DNA from: Lama guanicoe
Taxonomy: Eukaryota
Direction of reading: 5' to 3'
Length of the DNA: 64,000 nucleotides
NCBI GenBank assembly: GCA_013239625.1
Contig: MU054212.1
Location: 3,038,001 to 3,102,000, forward strand
Shown here: piece by piece, positions 1 through 12,086 of the stretch
Numbering within the stretch: position 1 is the stretch's first letter
Layout of the letters: each line of letters begins with the position of its first letter
The notes under the pieces: model-generated
Database searches by the model: none
Seen by the model: the letters and a program-made list of their open reading frames with translations, nothing else
What the model was told of the DNA's origin: nothing
Translations under genes and position numbers: made by a program

Positions 1-429
1 TACTTCAGTAAAAAATACATATATATATAAAACAAGCAAACAAAAACAGTAAGTTCCTTCGAAAGTAACAAAATAATCCAGGGTTTTACTACCAGCTCCA
101 TCCCCCGGAACAACATACCCTTTCCTCTTTTTTTTTTTTTAATTGACTTCCTTTCGAGTTGCTGTCTAATTTGGCCCCTTCCTATTCATATTCAATCTTA
201 TTCTTCTTCCTGTGAGTGGAATAGAAGGATAGAAATCTGTGAAAGGAAACTCACTTAAAAGCAAGAGAAATTAAGTATCTTAATTTGCAAAGAGATGCAA
301 GGAGAGTTTTTCTCAAGAAAAACACTGTTGAGCTACAAGGCCGGTTAGGTATGACCCTCGGTACTTTATACTGAGTACTTCAATCTTAGACAAAGCTAGC
401 CATCATCCAAACTCAACACCTGCTTCTTC

Positions 430-760
430 CACTCATGCGGTATTTCTAAGAGAATCTCAGACATCAGAGCGATTTATTTGAAAATATTTCTTTTATGACT
501 TTCTAAAAGATAAATCCTATTTTAAAAAATAGAACCATAATAATGTTAGACCAAGAAATTTAGCACTAATTCTTTAGTATTATCAAATATCCAGTCAAGG
601 TTTATAGTTCTAATTGTCTTATATTTTTTTTTTCACAGTGTTTTTGTTTATGCTGAATTTACACTGTTACTTCTAATTCAACTCAGCAGGATTTTTACTC
701 TCTTTCTTTGATCTATTTCTTTCTTTTGTCATTCTTTATGATAGTTTTCTTGATAAAAGA
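430..760 (-). mobile_element. Old L1 (L1MC-like) 3'UTR fragment
   Basis: AT-rich stretch resembling the reverse complement of the L1MC4/5 3'UTR (aaatttagcactaattctttagtattatcaaatatccagtc...); degenerate, boundaries approximate. Confidence 0.5.
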
Positions 761-1318
761 AAAGTGCTAAAATGGAGTTAAAATGGAACACAAGCAAGAA
801 CTGTGCAGACGCCGTCCTTTGGGTGACAGGAGGCTTCTGACGATGTAGGGGCTTAAAGTTTTGATAGCAGAGACTAATACTTTATGGTTCGTGGGATGAT
901 AAAAGACTACAGGAAAGGGAGATACACCATTGTCACAAGGAAACTCAATACATTTTAGGAGCCCTGGAATGTTGTAATGAATCCACAGTTTTGCACAATT
1001 CTGCATTTTTTAGCTAACAGGAGGTCAGTATATTAAGACAAAAGTTGCCTCTATACGTGTGAGAATGGAGTCCTTTTTGTTCGATTTGCTTTTGCGCATT
1101 GATGTAATTTGGTTTCAGTATTTAGTCATTTGGTTTTTTTAGTTTTATTTATTTATTTTTCAATGTAGCTTAAGTTTATGCAGGATAATACGTTCCAAAC
1201 TATTTTCTTTTGAGTTAAGAAGCATTGATGAGCATTATAGTTCTATTAAGCATACAGAAGTCTAGCATGTAAATATAATTTTGAGGACAATTTCTACACA
1301 TGCGGAAAATGTTCTTTC

Positions 1319-1470
1319 TTTTTTTTTTTTTAACTTTTTTTTATTGAGTTATAGTCATTGTACAATATTGTGTCAAATTCCAGTGTGGAGCCCAATTTTT
1401 CAGTTATACATGTATATAAGATCTTGTGGTAACTCACAGTGGAAAAAAAATGTGACAATGAATATATGTA
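1319..1470 (-). mobile_element. Short young L1 3' end with internal inversion
   Basis: Poly-T plus L1 terminal 3'UTR in antisense (1319-1412), joined to the adjacent upstream 3'UTR segment in sense (1413-1470); both align to the L1 at 23460-23600. Confidence 0.75.
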
Positions 1471-1572
1471 GTTTTATTTTTTATATTGAAGTGTAGTCGA
1501 TTTACAGTTAGCTGCAGGTGTACAGCAAAGAAATTCAGTTATAATATATATTCAGATTCTTTCCCGTTATAG
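1471..1572 (-). mobile_element. L1 3' end fragment
   Basis: ttttatattgaagtgtagtcgatttacagttag...caggtgtacagcaaag...ttcagattctttcccgttatag is a typical antisense cetartiodactyl L1 terminus. Confidence 0.7.
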
Positions 1573-1894
1573 CTTAGTCATTTGTATGGAGAATTCCAAG
1601 AAGCCAAGAAAAAATGTCCAAGTAACATTTTAGCCAGGTTGAAATCAATAAATAATGGGTATTTACAGGGGGAAAAAAAGGATTTTTGGAAATAATCTGT
1701 TTCTGATCTTAATTGATTCCATTGCTAAGGTTATTCAAAAATTATCAGACTGTCCCATCAGTTTTTATCAGGCTTCAGGAACGCTTGGTGATACATTTTG
1801 CTCTCTGTCAGTAGTATGACTTGAACGAACAATTACGTGGAAATTTAGAAATATGAGGAGCATTCGCGGTAGGAAAGAGAAAAGAAAATTGTTC

Positions 1895-2060
1895 GTGGGG
1901 GAGGTTATAGCTCAAGTGGTAGAGTGAATGCTTACTTAGCCCACACGAGGTCCTGGGTTCAATTCCCAGTACCTCCTCCAAAAGTAAACCTAACAACCCC
2001 CCTGCCAAAAGAAAATAATTACAATAATTACACAGCATAATAAATAGAGAAAGTATTTTA
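1895..2060 (+). mobile_element. tRNA-derived camelid-type SINE (Vic-1-like), full length
   Basis: A-box (tagctcaagtggtag), B-box (gggttcaattccc), A-rich tail, perfect 10-bp TSD aaaattgttc at 1885-1894 and 2061-2070. Confidence 0.9.
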
Positions 2061-2954
2061 AAAATTGTTCAGCCTACCTACTGTCTAGCCTTCATATTCC
2101 TTCACTGCTAAGCCCCCGGCCCGCAGCCCCAGCCTCAGCCTGGTCTGCAGCTCTCACCAGGCACTTCCAGCAGCGCTGCACGAGCTGTGACTTGTGAGTA
2201 CCCATGTAACCTTCAGCTGGAGATGGTCAGGAAGCTGTAGCCCAGCGCTCGTGGGAGTCAGTGTGAGGGAACCTTTGTTGTGCGTGTGCTCAGTGTCCGC
2301 TGACTATGAACTTGGACGTGCTCTCAATGCCAGGTCTTTGGCTCAAGGTTAGAAACCTGGAATCCACCGAACAGTTTGGAGTGTGCGCCAGGTTGTGCGA
2401 GGGATGTGATGGCACAGGACAAACAGGTTTCCGGCCCGTCTGGAGCCTCTGGTTTTGTGTTTTGTTCACTGCTCCAGATTCTCCGTTTTTATAATCTGCT
2501 GAAAAGTCTTTTTCAGTGCTACTGTCTTGCTTTGTTTTCCCAGCTGCTTCTTCAGGGTCTGGGTCCCTGCGATCCTCCAGCAATTTCTCCCCTGGCCTCT
2601 GATCAGAGCACCATCTGCAGCTGAGGTCTCCTTTAGCCCTGCTCTGGGAACCCAGGGCATCTTGAATGTGGATGGCCGTTCACAGACTCCTGCCTGCTGG
2701 ACCGCATGCCCGTCCTGGCTCCTGCGACTGGTGCTCTGACCCCTCTGGTTGCAGGTGTGTCCACTGTGACCTGAGCTACGCCAGGAATGCAGCGAAGGCA
2801 AAAGGGTGTGGAGACCTTTCCTAGAACCTGACCTTCCTGAGCTCAGTTTTCTAGCCTTCTGGTAAAGATGTCAGCAAATCTGGGTGACACTTTACACATT
2901 CTGATGTGGGATTTGATCTGCTTGAGGTAAAATCATGGACATGTGGAGACTGCC

Positions 2955-3140
2955 TGGCTCTACCACTTATTCTGCACACTGGCTGTGTGACCTTAGGCAA
3001 ATTACTCAACCTTTCTGTCCCCAAGAGTCCTCGTCCGTAAGATGGAAATGATGATGGTATTCACCTCCCTGTCAGGTGCTTGGAGTAGTGGCTGGCAAGT
3101 GGTCAGTGCTCAACCGTGTTAGCTGGCATTCTTGTCATCC
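2955..3140 (+). mobile_element. MIR SINE
   Basis: MIR core ggctgtgtgaccttaggcaaattactcaacctttctgtcccc...gtaagatgg. Confidence 0.8.
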
Positions 3141-3689
3141 TTATTACTCAAATTATTAGATGGAACGGTTTTCCTTCAGCTATTTGGCATTCATTTGGAG
3201 CAGCTGGATGTCTGTAAAAGGAAAGCTTTTGGAAAAGAACACAAAACATTAGTGAGGTTGGTATTGAAGTAAGATAAGGACGGACATTGGGCAACACAGA
3301 GGTCATCTGTCACCTTCACGAGAGCAGTTTTTGTGGAATGATGGGGATGTGAGACCCAAGAATGAAAGAGCCAGAGGCTGCTGAGTTCTATACAGAGTCA
3401 CAGAATGCTCCAGCCTGTTGTCACCTGGGCTTCAAGTAGCCCTGCCTGCCCCTGTGGTGGCTTGCACCCTGACTCTCTGTGGGGTGCAGAGCTCAACCAT
3501 GTGGCTGGACAGAAGAAGCATCATATCATTGTGATATCTCCCTACAATTCCTTCCATCTTCTGGTACCATCTCTGCTTCTAGGTGCCTACTCAGAAAACG
3601 TCTTCTAGAAGTTTCCTTCTGTTGAACCCTAAGCAACTGGTGCAGCTAGATCCCTGGAGATCCATTCACCAGTTATGACCAGACATGTG

Positions 3690-3972
3690 CCACTTTTACA
3701 GCAATCAGAAATTCCTGTTGATGTTGTTAACTCATGGCTTTTTGCTTGAAGCCTGGAGCTGTAGCCACCATTCTGCCCCCATGCGAAAGACTTGGGTTGA
3801 CGTTGCCAACCTCGTGGACAGCAGAATGGGTGGATGGAAAGGACCTGGATTCTTGCTTAGTGACACTTTGAGTTATTCAGTCAGACCCCGAAACCTATCA
3901 TCCCACTGACATTCCAATGATAAGAGCCAACAAACTTGCTTGATTATTTAAAACAACATCCTAACTGACACA
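3690..3972 (+). mobile_element. Ancient ERVL/MaLR-type LTR fragment (LTR33/LTR16-like)
   Basis: cctggagctgtagccaccattctg...gatggaaaggacctggattctt; ends catcctaactgacaca. Confidence 0.55.
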
Positions 3973-4596
3973 GTGGCTTGGATTCCATTCCTCAGATGGC
4001 TGGTTTGATTTCCACTCAGGTTTGAGGATAAAGAGTTAGTCTGAGAATGAATCTAGTCATGATTGAACCTTGGCTGATCCCTTATACAGGCAAACTTAAA
4101 TCGGACCTAATGTTGGACCAAGAACTGGGGTTGCACTTCAGGAGACTGGATCTGCTTGGTTGAAGTCTCATAACCCAACTGTCTCATAACAGAAGTAAAG
4201 CACCTGACTCAGTGTTCATTGCACATTAATTTCCCTTTCCCTCCATCTTAGGTTCAGAATCATTTCTGCAAGTTGAGAACTTGGGGCCAACTTCCAGGAC
4301 AATGTATGCCATTAATTTCATTCTCTTTTAAAATTTGGACCACCCCTCCCCCCACTGCCCCTGCTTCATTAGGTTTGTTTGACACTAAAGAGGTATTATT
4401 CCTGCATTTCCTAGTATTTCCATTTCAGGGGCCACCATTAAAGGCATGAGAACATTTCAGTTAGTACAAAGCTTGGAATTTACTTGTTTGATTTATTAAA
4501 AATACACCCTAGCCCGAGGGTCTCAGGGGGTACATACAAAACACTTCAATTAGATTCAGACCAACAGCTAAAATTTCCTGTTAAATTGAAATATCA

Positions 4597-4670
4597 AAAA
4601 AAAAAAACAAAAAAAAGAAAGAAAGAAAGAAAGAAAGAAAGAAGGAAGGAAAGAAGGAAAGAAAAGAAAA
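4597..4670 (+). repeat. Poly-A / (GAAA)n microsatellite
   Basis: Directly visible A run followed by gaaa/gaag units. Confidence 0.95.
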
Positions 4671-5091
4671 ACCCAAACCCCAATATGAAAAGCAGCCAAA
4701 GTAGAAGGGTAAGCCTGGTGTCATTTCTTCAAGGTCGACAAGCTGGCAAGCTGGTGACCAGGAATGGGTAGGAGCTGCCAGACAGGGCTGGCCTCGTGTG
4801 AGCTGAGTGTTTGCTCATGAACTTGCTGTAATTTAAAGGGCACTGGCCATCCAGTCCCCACCCCCACCCTCAAAGATCGAAGCAACAAACAAATCTTACT
4901 TTTATTTCTACACTGTGATTTTTCAAATAGAGTTCTTCTGAGTGAAACATCTCCTTTAGAATAAAATCGTGTGACCTGGGCTAATTAAAGGAGGAAGGCT
5001 GTTAGTCATTAATATTTTAATTATAAATTAATCCATAGTTTCCTCCAGATCATTGAGGCCAGTCTTCTGAGTGAATGGACATTTTACGGAC

Positions 5092-5112
5092 AGAGAGAGA
5101 GAGAGAGAGAGA
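5092..5112 (+). repeat. (GA)n microsatellite
   Basis: agagagagagagagagagaga. Confidence 0.95.
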
Positions 5113-5479
5113 TAGGGGTTTGGGGATCATGGGTTACCACGGGGAAAGACAGGCTTGGATGCAGCGGTCGGGTGAATTTAGGTGGATGTGCTGTAGATGA
5201 GGATCCTGGGTACCACGGCACCTAGGAAGTCGGTTCCAAGTATAGGAGAAAATTACCTCTACACTTCCTTCACTTGCCAGTTTTTTTCTGTCACAGGAGT
5301 AAAGGCCCTTCCAAAGAAACTGTTGGGTCTTTGCAGGTTCCACTGGGAGAAAATCATATGAAAGCTGTAGCTAATTTTTATCAGAAGATGAGAACTAATA
5401 ATCCTTAATACTTGGACTAGAATAGGATTCGGGGGCAAAATGAGATTGGCTGGCGCAGGCAGGAGTGCAGTAGATCTCA

Positions 5480-5620
5480 GGCCAGACTCACCCAGATGGC
5501 TTGCTCAAACAGTTTCTGATTGCAGTAGATCTAGGGTGGGGCTGTGTGCTTGCATTTTTTAACGAGTTCCCTGCTGGAGCTCTTGCTGCTGGCCTGGAGA
5601 CAGTGCTTGGAGAACCACAG
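5480..5620. mobile_element. MER5-family hAT-Charlie DNA transposon fragment
   Basis: gtttctgattgcagtagatctagggtggggc...tgcattttttaacgagttccc...tgctgctggcctggagac...gagaaccacag. Confidence 0.75.
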
Positions 5621-5736
5621 CAGTCAGGACATTTACCTGGAGGCTAGCTTCAGGCAGAGAATATTGCGGAGGAGGACAAAGCTGAGGTTTGCTTTAGGAA
5701 ACGAGGTTATAAACTTGCTCTGAAATGGAGAACGTG

Positions 5737-6275
5737 TGTGTTAGCTTCCTAGGGCTGCTGTAGCCAGAACCCCAAGCTGGGGAGCTTAAAACCCGCAGAC
5801 ACACACTGTCTCATCTTTTCTGAGGCTGGAGGTCTGAGATCAAGGTGTTAGCAGGGCCATGCTCTCTCTGCCGGCTCCGGGTTGTGAGTAGGAGTGGGTA
5901 GGGGGGGGTGGGGGCAATCCTTCCTCCCCTCTTCTAGCTTCTGGTGGTGCCTGCAGCCCTTGGTGTTACTTGGCTTGTAGATGCCTCCCTCTCTCCGGTC
6001 CCATCGCTGTCATCCCCTTGTTTCTCATCCTGTCGTCTTTCCTCTTTGTGAGATTGTGACCACATTTCTCCTTTTTCTGCCTTGTGAGATTGTGACCACA
6101 TTTCTCCTTTTTCTGCCGACGCCAGTCATATTGAGTTAGGACCACTCTCAGGACCTCATTTTTAACGTGATTACTTCTGTGAAGACCCTATTTCCAAATA
6201 AAGTCACATTCTGAGGCACTGGGGATTAAGACTATAACATTTTTTCTTGATGGGAAGGCAATTCAAACCATAATA
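5737..6275 (-). mobile_element. MaLR solo LTR (MLT1B/C-like)
   Basis: Begins tgtgttagcttcctagggctgc; contains gaagaccctatttccaaataaagtcacattctgagg; ends attcaaaccataata; flanks acgtg/atgcg fit a CpG-decayed 5-bp TSD. Confidence 0.85.
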
Positions 6276-6589
6276 ATGCGTCTAACCAGTACCATTTCCC
6301 AGCATCAAAATAATACATTGGAGTCCATATGTACTGGGTACTATGCAAAGTAAATTAATTAGACACAGAAAAGTAGTGCCTAAGGCAAGCTCTGCTGATA
6401 GTAGAAGATATGGTAGAAAAACATACACAATTTAAAGATATGGTAGAAAAATATATGCATTTAAAGAATTGTCAGTCTTGAACTCTTCTTTGGTTCTGTC
6501 CAAAATGGTGAATTGCTACCTTATATGGGATACTCTACCTTTTTGGACATATCTTTATTACGAAAGTTATTTCATCCTATCATATCTAC

Positions 6590-6705
6590 TTCTTTGTGTT
6601 AGTGTCTCTAAATAATGAGCTGCTCCAAGGTGGGGACTGTGTTTAAGCCATATTTATATTTATGAAGTCTGCCACATAGTAGGTGCTAAATGTAGTGAAT
6701 GAAGA
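6590..6705 (+). mobile_element. L2 3' end
   Basis: gctccaaggtggggactgtgt...cacatagtaggtgctaaatgtagtgaatgaa. Confidence 0.65.
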
Positions 6706-9399
6706 AATTGATAACAAATTGAGAGCAGCCTGGGCTTTTGGCAGATGTCTTCCGGTGTCTCTAATCACACGGCAGGTAGAGGAGAGTGAGGATGGATGAG
6801 CAGAAAGATCTGCTGGTGACGCCAGGAGCCACCCTCCACAGATGTTAAACTTCTTTGAAGTCTCATTTTCATTTTAAAAATTAATGTGGATTTTGCATTC
6901 TACTCCAGAACACATCCGTGTTTGTTTTAATGCAGAAATAGTGTTTCAAATTACTTAGATAAATTACTTAATTCCTCCCCCTTCATTCCGCCCATCTTCA
7001 GTTGCAGACACACTGCCACCCCTGGGAGATAACGCCGGGTTTATCTTATGAGTGTGTAGACCACCCGGCACTCGACGAGGCACCCACAGAAAGGCTGAAG
7101 AATGGGGAGATCTAGTGGGTAGGGGTGAGGTGGGGGTCTAACAGGGGACACAGGAGTGTGTGGTGGGGCTGGGGAAGCTCTCAGGCTCTTGACAAAGGAG
7201 GCAAAGAGGACAGAAAGGATTCAGGAACTATTTACCTTTGGAGAGGGCTGGGCTCGCCTAACAGTGGGTGGCTCCAGGTTAGTGTGGCTTAAACATGTCT
7301 GGTGGATGCTGCATATTTTTTGGGGGGTGGGGAAGGTGGGTGGAAGGGTTAGCAGGAGCAGAGAATAAACAAAGGAAGGGGAGAGACAAGGGAAGGGAAC
7401 CCACTGAAGGGCCCTTCAGGGGCTTTGAAGTGTAGGGAATTTTGATTGTAAATCTCAGTTTGTTGAAGGAGAGTCTTTGGGCCCTGGAATGTGAATGTAA
7501 GGTTTTCAGAGAGGTGTGGGTAGTGGAAAACAAGAGGGAAGACAGCCTTTGGCAGTGATATTGAGACTCGACTGGAGAAGAAAGTTGTAAGGGTCCAGAA
7601 GAGGGGTGCGCAGGGACAGCTCTGGCAGCTGAGGATCCACAGAACATTCGAGGGGCCAGGGCAGCCCTTTACCCAGAGCCTTTGTTTCTCCTAGCACAAG
7701 CTCTAAGCATTTCTCCTTACCCTTTAACATTACCTGGCTTAGAATGTCTACCTCCCAAAAGAAACTTGCTTCTGTGTATCCATGAAACATTCACATTTGG
7801 AAATGAATTCAAGAGTTTGGTTCTAACTGCTCTGTCCCTGAAAGTCAAGGACTAATATTTACACATCGTTTTGTAATCAGCTGTTTAGCTATTGCCTGGG
7901 ACATTCTCTTAAAAACGAAAAAAAATTTTTTTTAAAAATTCATTGTTTTCAGAAAGGGCAATTAGAACACCACGGTTTTGCTCTGAAAGTTTGGCACAAG
8001 ATACTTGATTTTTCCCTAATATTTGACATGGCTTCTCAGTAGCTATCATCCCACCCCTTCAAGGCAGCCAGGACCATTAGCATGAGTCTCTAGGCTCAGA
8101 ATTCAAAAGCAATCAATCAAGTCTGAAAACCACAATATGAGGAAGAGTGAGAATGAAACAGAAATTTGGAGCCCATCATGTGACGTCTGCTGGCAGCCGC
8201 GGCTCACGCTGTTAGAGGTGATTCGGACACTGCTCTGTGGCAAGAACTGGTTAGAACTTAAAATCTTTTATGGGTCATGGGACTTTTTGGCTCTGTCTGC
8301 AAAGCCGCCCTAAGGAATTGTCTTTTTGTGCCTTCACCATCCCTTCCAAAGCTCACTTTTCACGAAGAGTGGGCAACCAGAGAGGTCTTTGTCCAAAGAC
8401 ATCACACGACCCCTCCAGGAAATGCCGTGACAACGTCCAGCTGATGAAATGGGAACCCTGGCACAGTGACCTTTCTCCCAGATATCCTAGGATGCACTTC
8501 TCGCTTCACTGGGCAAACATCCGTCCTTCCAAATGGATTCAGTTCTAAAGATTTCTTCCCTCCCTGGGGGCCAGGAGACACACTAGGTTGCAGAAATGGC
8601 GAAGAGTTTTTTTCCTTTAATAAAACTATCGTCTAATATTTCTACAAGCTGGAAGTGTACACGCATTGCGTGGTTAAATAGAGTGGCGCCCCCAAATAAG
8701 AACCTAGTTCTTGTCCCGAGGAGGTGACAGTATGAATGAGGCCATGCCAGGAGCGAGGACAGGCAGCTCACATTCCTCTATGTTGATTCTTGTTTTCTGT
8801 TGGTTAAGAAAGTTCAATATTGCTATTTTCTGAAAATTACCTTTCCTTTTTCCCTCACCTAGATGTCCGATGTGTTACACTTGTTAACCTACCTCGTTTT
8901 GTGAGAGGCGTATAAAATGTATGATCTGATTCATGCAAAATTTATGTAAGTATGTTCACTTTGTGTGTATTTCCTTATGAAGCCTCAGGGTTGATCAGCA
9001 ACACCAGAAAGGAAAAGAAAAAAAACTTCTTGCTTCTGGGGACTGTTATTTTAAGAGTAATTATCCTGCTAGTAGTGATGACAATGAATCCAGCAAGAGT
9101 GCTTACTTTGAAATGACAATGGAATCTATGTGTCCTTGAAAATTTTAATTCCTGTAAGAGTCGTTCCAAATAGATAATAAAACTAAGAGCCAGGGTGTAG
9201 CTGTTTCTTTGTGGCTAATTAGTGAACTATATTCTCTCCTAAGCACAAAGAAGACAAGCTGTCTCTAGCAGATTAAAGGGTCAGGAAGTTCTAAGCCAAT
9301 TTTTCTCACACTTGGGCAATGCACCTGCTCTTTTTGAAGGCAAAAATGATTTCAGCTCTACAATATTGACTTAAATTATCTTCTGTTACGATATTGCTC

Positions 9400-10330
9400 A
9401 AATTTATATAGACAGTTCCTGTACAATTATAAGGAATGTATATTTTTAAAAATAATTGAGTTCAGGATTGCACAGATGCCTATTTGACAAAAATTGCTAA
9501 TTATACTGTTCAAATCTTTTGTATATTTATTATTATTTCATTTTGTCTCCTTGATCTGCTGACTGTGGAGAGAGGTAGATGTTAATTGGTTTCCTTGGGC
9601 TCCCGTAAGAAATCCCCACAAATTTGGTAGCTTAAAAGAACAGAAATGTATTCTCTTACAGTTTTGGGGGCCAGAGGTCTGAAATCAAGGAGATAGATGG
9701 CTCCGCTTCCTCCAAAGCCGAGAGGGAAGAATGCTTCCTTGCCTCTTCCAGCTTCTGGTGGCTCCTGACTTTCCTTGTCTTGTGGCTGCATCACTTTGAC
9801 CTCTGCCTCCATCTTCACGGGGTCTTCCCCTCTGTATCTGTGTCTTCTCTCTTGACTCTTGCAAGAGCACATGGCATTGAAGTTAGGGCCCATCCAGATA
9901 ATCTGGGATAATCTCATCTAGAGATCCTTAACTATTACATCTGCAAAGACCCTTTTTCCAAGTAAGATCACATTTGGTGGGGGCAGGATGAAGACACATC
10001 TTTTGGAGGTCACTATCTAACCCACTACAGCGTAATAAAATTTCCCACAATGCCTGTCAATTTTCAACTTCTCGTGCCTCTGCCAATGTTTATTTTGTGT
10101 ATTTTGGGGGTGATGTTATTAGGTCCTTACAGGTTCAGGATACCTCCCCTGTTAATTCTTCCTTTTATTATTATGTCATGAATGACCTTTCATTCTTTAT
10201 CCCCCTCCCATTTTTTTTGTTTGTTTTTGCTTGAAGATCTAGTTGTCTGATATGAATATAGTCTTTCCAGCATACTTTGGGTGGGTATTAATATATTATA
10301 TCATTTTCTATCATTTTATTTAAAATGTTT
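9400..10330 (-). mobile_element. Old L1 (L1ME-like) fragment interrupted by an MLT1 LTR
   Basis: aggaatgtatatt...ttcaaatcttttgtatatt...ttgatctgctgactgtggagagagg continues after the LTR as taaaatttcccacaatg...ttattagg. Confidence 0.6.
9580..10029 (-). mobile_element. MaLR solo LTR (MLT1C-like)
   Basis: cacaaatttggtagcttaaaagaacagaaatgtattctc...ttagggcccatccagataatc...acatctgcaaagaccctttttcca; ends cccactaca. Confidence 0.9.
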
Positions 10331-10857
10331 GTGTTTAATTGCCTTTTAATGTTTTTTTTTCTGTTAAAATTTTTTTTCTTTTAGCAGAGTGTTTTTGAGA
10401 ATAGCTTATAGTTGGACTAAAATTTTATAAAAACTTCTTTGAAAGTAGAGAATATAGTAGAATGAGCCCCCATCACCCATTAACTAGATTCATTAATTAT
10501 CAAGATCATGTCACATTTGCTTCCCCTAACCCTTGTTACCTCGTGGGTTTTTTTGTTTGGTTTGGTTTTTGTTGTTGTCGTTACCTTGTGTTTTTATGTC
10601 TGCCTCATCTCCTTGGCTGTGGCCACGGCTTTCAGTGTCTAGTATGGTCTCTGGAATTTAGTAGCTGCTGGACACATGTTTATTCAATAAATTAATAGTA
10701 AAAGGAAAAGCAGGGAAGGGAATGGAAATGCATTTCAGCCGTCTGACTTAAGGAGGCATGATTTTCTGAGTTCTTAGAAACAATTCATTTATTTGCCATT
10801 TTAGTGATTACAAAGGCTATGCTTGTTTCAAACCAGATGCTTATAATACAAGTAACA

Positions 10858-11339
10858 TTTTTTCTTTTCCATTATGGTTTAATACAAGATATGGAATATA
10901 GTGTCCTATGCTATACAGTAGGACCTTGTTGTTTATCTATTTTATATATAGTAGTTTACATCTGCTAGTCCCAAATTCCTAATTTTTCCCTCCCACTCCC
11001 TTTCCCCCTTGGTAACCATAAGTTTGTTTATGTCTGTGAGTCTGTGTCTGTTCTGCAAATAAGTTCATTTGAATCATATTTTAGATTTCACACGTAAGTG
11101 ATATATGATAGTTGTCTTTCTCTGCCTGACTTACTTCACTGAGTAGCATAATCTCTAGGTCTAGCCATACTGCTGCCAATGGCGTTATTTCATTTTTCTT
11201 TTTCATGGCTGAGTAGTATTTTATATATATCTCTCTATCAATCACATCTTCTTTATCCAATCGTCTGTCAATGGACATTTAGGTTTCTTTCATGTCTTGG
11301 TTAAGGTAAATAGTGCTGCTATGAACACTGGGGTGCAGA
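10858..11339 (-). mobile_element. L1 3'UTR / ORF2 end fragment
   Basis: gctatacagtaggaccttgttgtttatctatttt...tttcatggctgagtagtatt...gctgctatgaacactggggtgca; minus-strand ORF 11081-11278 resembles the L1 ORF2 C-terminus (YYSAMKKKNEI...WLDLE). Confidence 0.92.
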
Positions 11340-11731
11340 TAGAGTTACCTTTTCCTGAGGGGCCACTACATGCCTGGTACCATGCTAGGGGCCATTCATG
11401 TTTCTCAAGAGGCGTAAGAAGATATCTATGTAGATCAACAAACCCTTACCTGGTTTTCATGGAGAAAGGATGGAGCATGATTCTTTGTGGCCCTGTTTAG
11501 TTCTGAAAATATCTAACAAAATTTCAGGGATTGATTTAAGGCTTTTGGAGGGTGGGCTGGGGGAAACCGTGTTCCTAATTATTCCGCCTCAAGGGCAGGT
11601 AACTTTTAGCTTCGTGCATGGCAAATCGAATTGTTTCAAAGAACTCACACGCAGTTTTTCAGGCTCATGCGTCTGTGATTCTTTTTCTTCCTGCAGTAGT
11701 CCTCAGTGGAGATATTACAGCATTTAACTGC

Positions 11732-12086
11732 TGTTAAGGGCTGAATTGCATCCCCTCCAAATGTACATGTTGATGTTCTAAACCCTAATATTTCAGAATG
11801 TGACTATATTTGGAGTTAGGGTCTTTAAAGAGGTAATTAAATGGGATCATTAGGATGGTCTTAATCCAATATGCCTGGTGTCCTTATAAAACGAGATTAG
11901 GACACAGACACACACAGAGGGAAGACCATGTGAAGACCCAGGGGGAGGACTGTTATCCACGAGCCAAGGACATATCACTCAGAAGAAACCATCCCTGCAG
12001 ACACCTTGATCTTGAACTTCCAGCCTCCAGAATTCTGTTGTTTAAGCCTTCCGGTCTGTGTTAGAGCAGATGTAGCCAGCAAGACA
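11732..12086 (+). mobile_element. MaLR solo LTR (MLT1A-like)
   Basis: tgttaagggctgaattgcatcccc...gaatgtgactatatttggag...cttccagcctccagaa; TG...CA ends, 5-bp TSD actgc/actgt. Confidence 0.9.

Noticed and set aside
745..1023. Possible exon (pyrimidine tract + AG at 744, gag|gtcagt at 1024)
   Set aside because: The pyrimidine tract appears to be part of an antisense L1 remnant, and all plus-strand frames contain stops
1897..1980. tRNA gene
   Set aside because: It has A/B boxes but also a SINE body, an A-rich tail and a TSD, so it is a SINE rather than a tRNA
6046..6117. CRISPR-like repeat (36-bp unit)
   Set aside because: Only two copies, directly abutting with no spacer, inside a mammalian LTR
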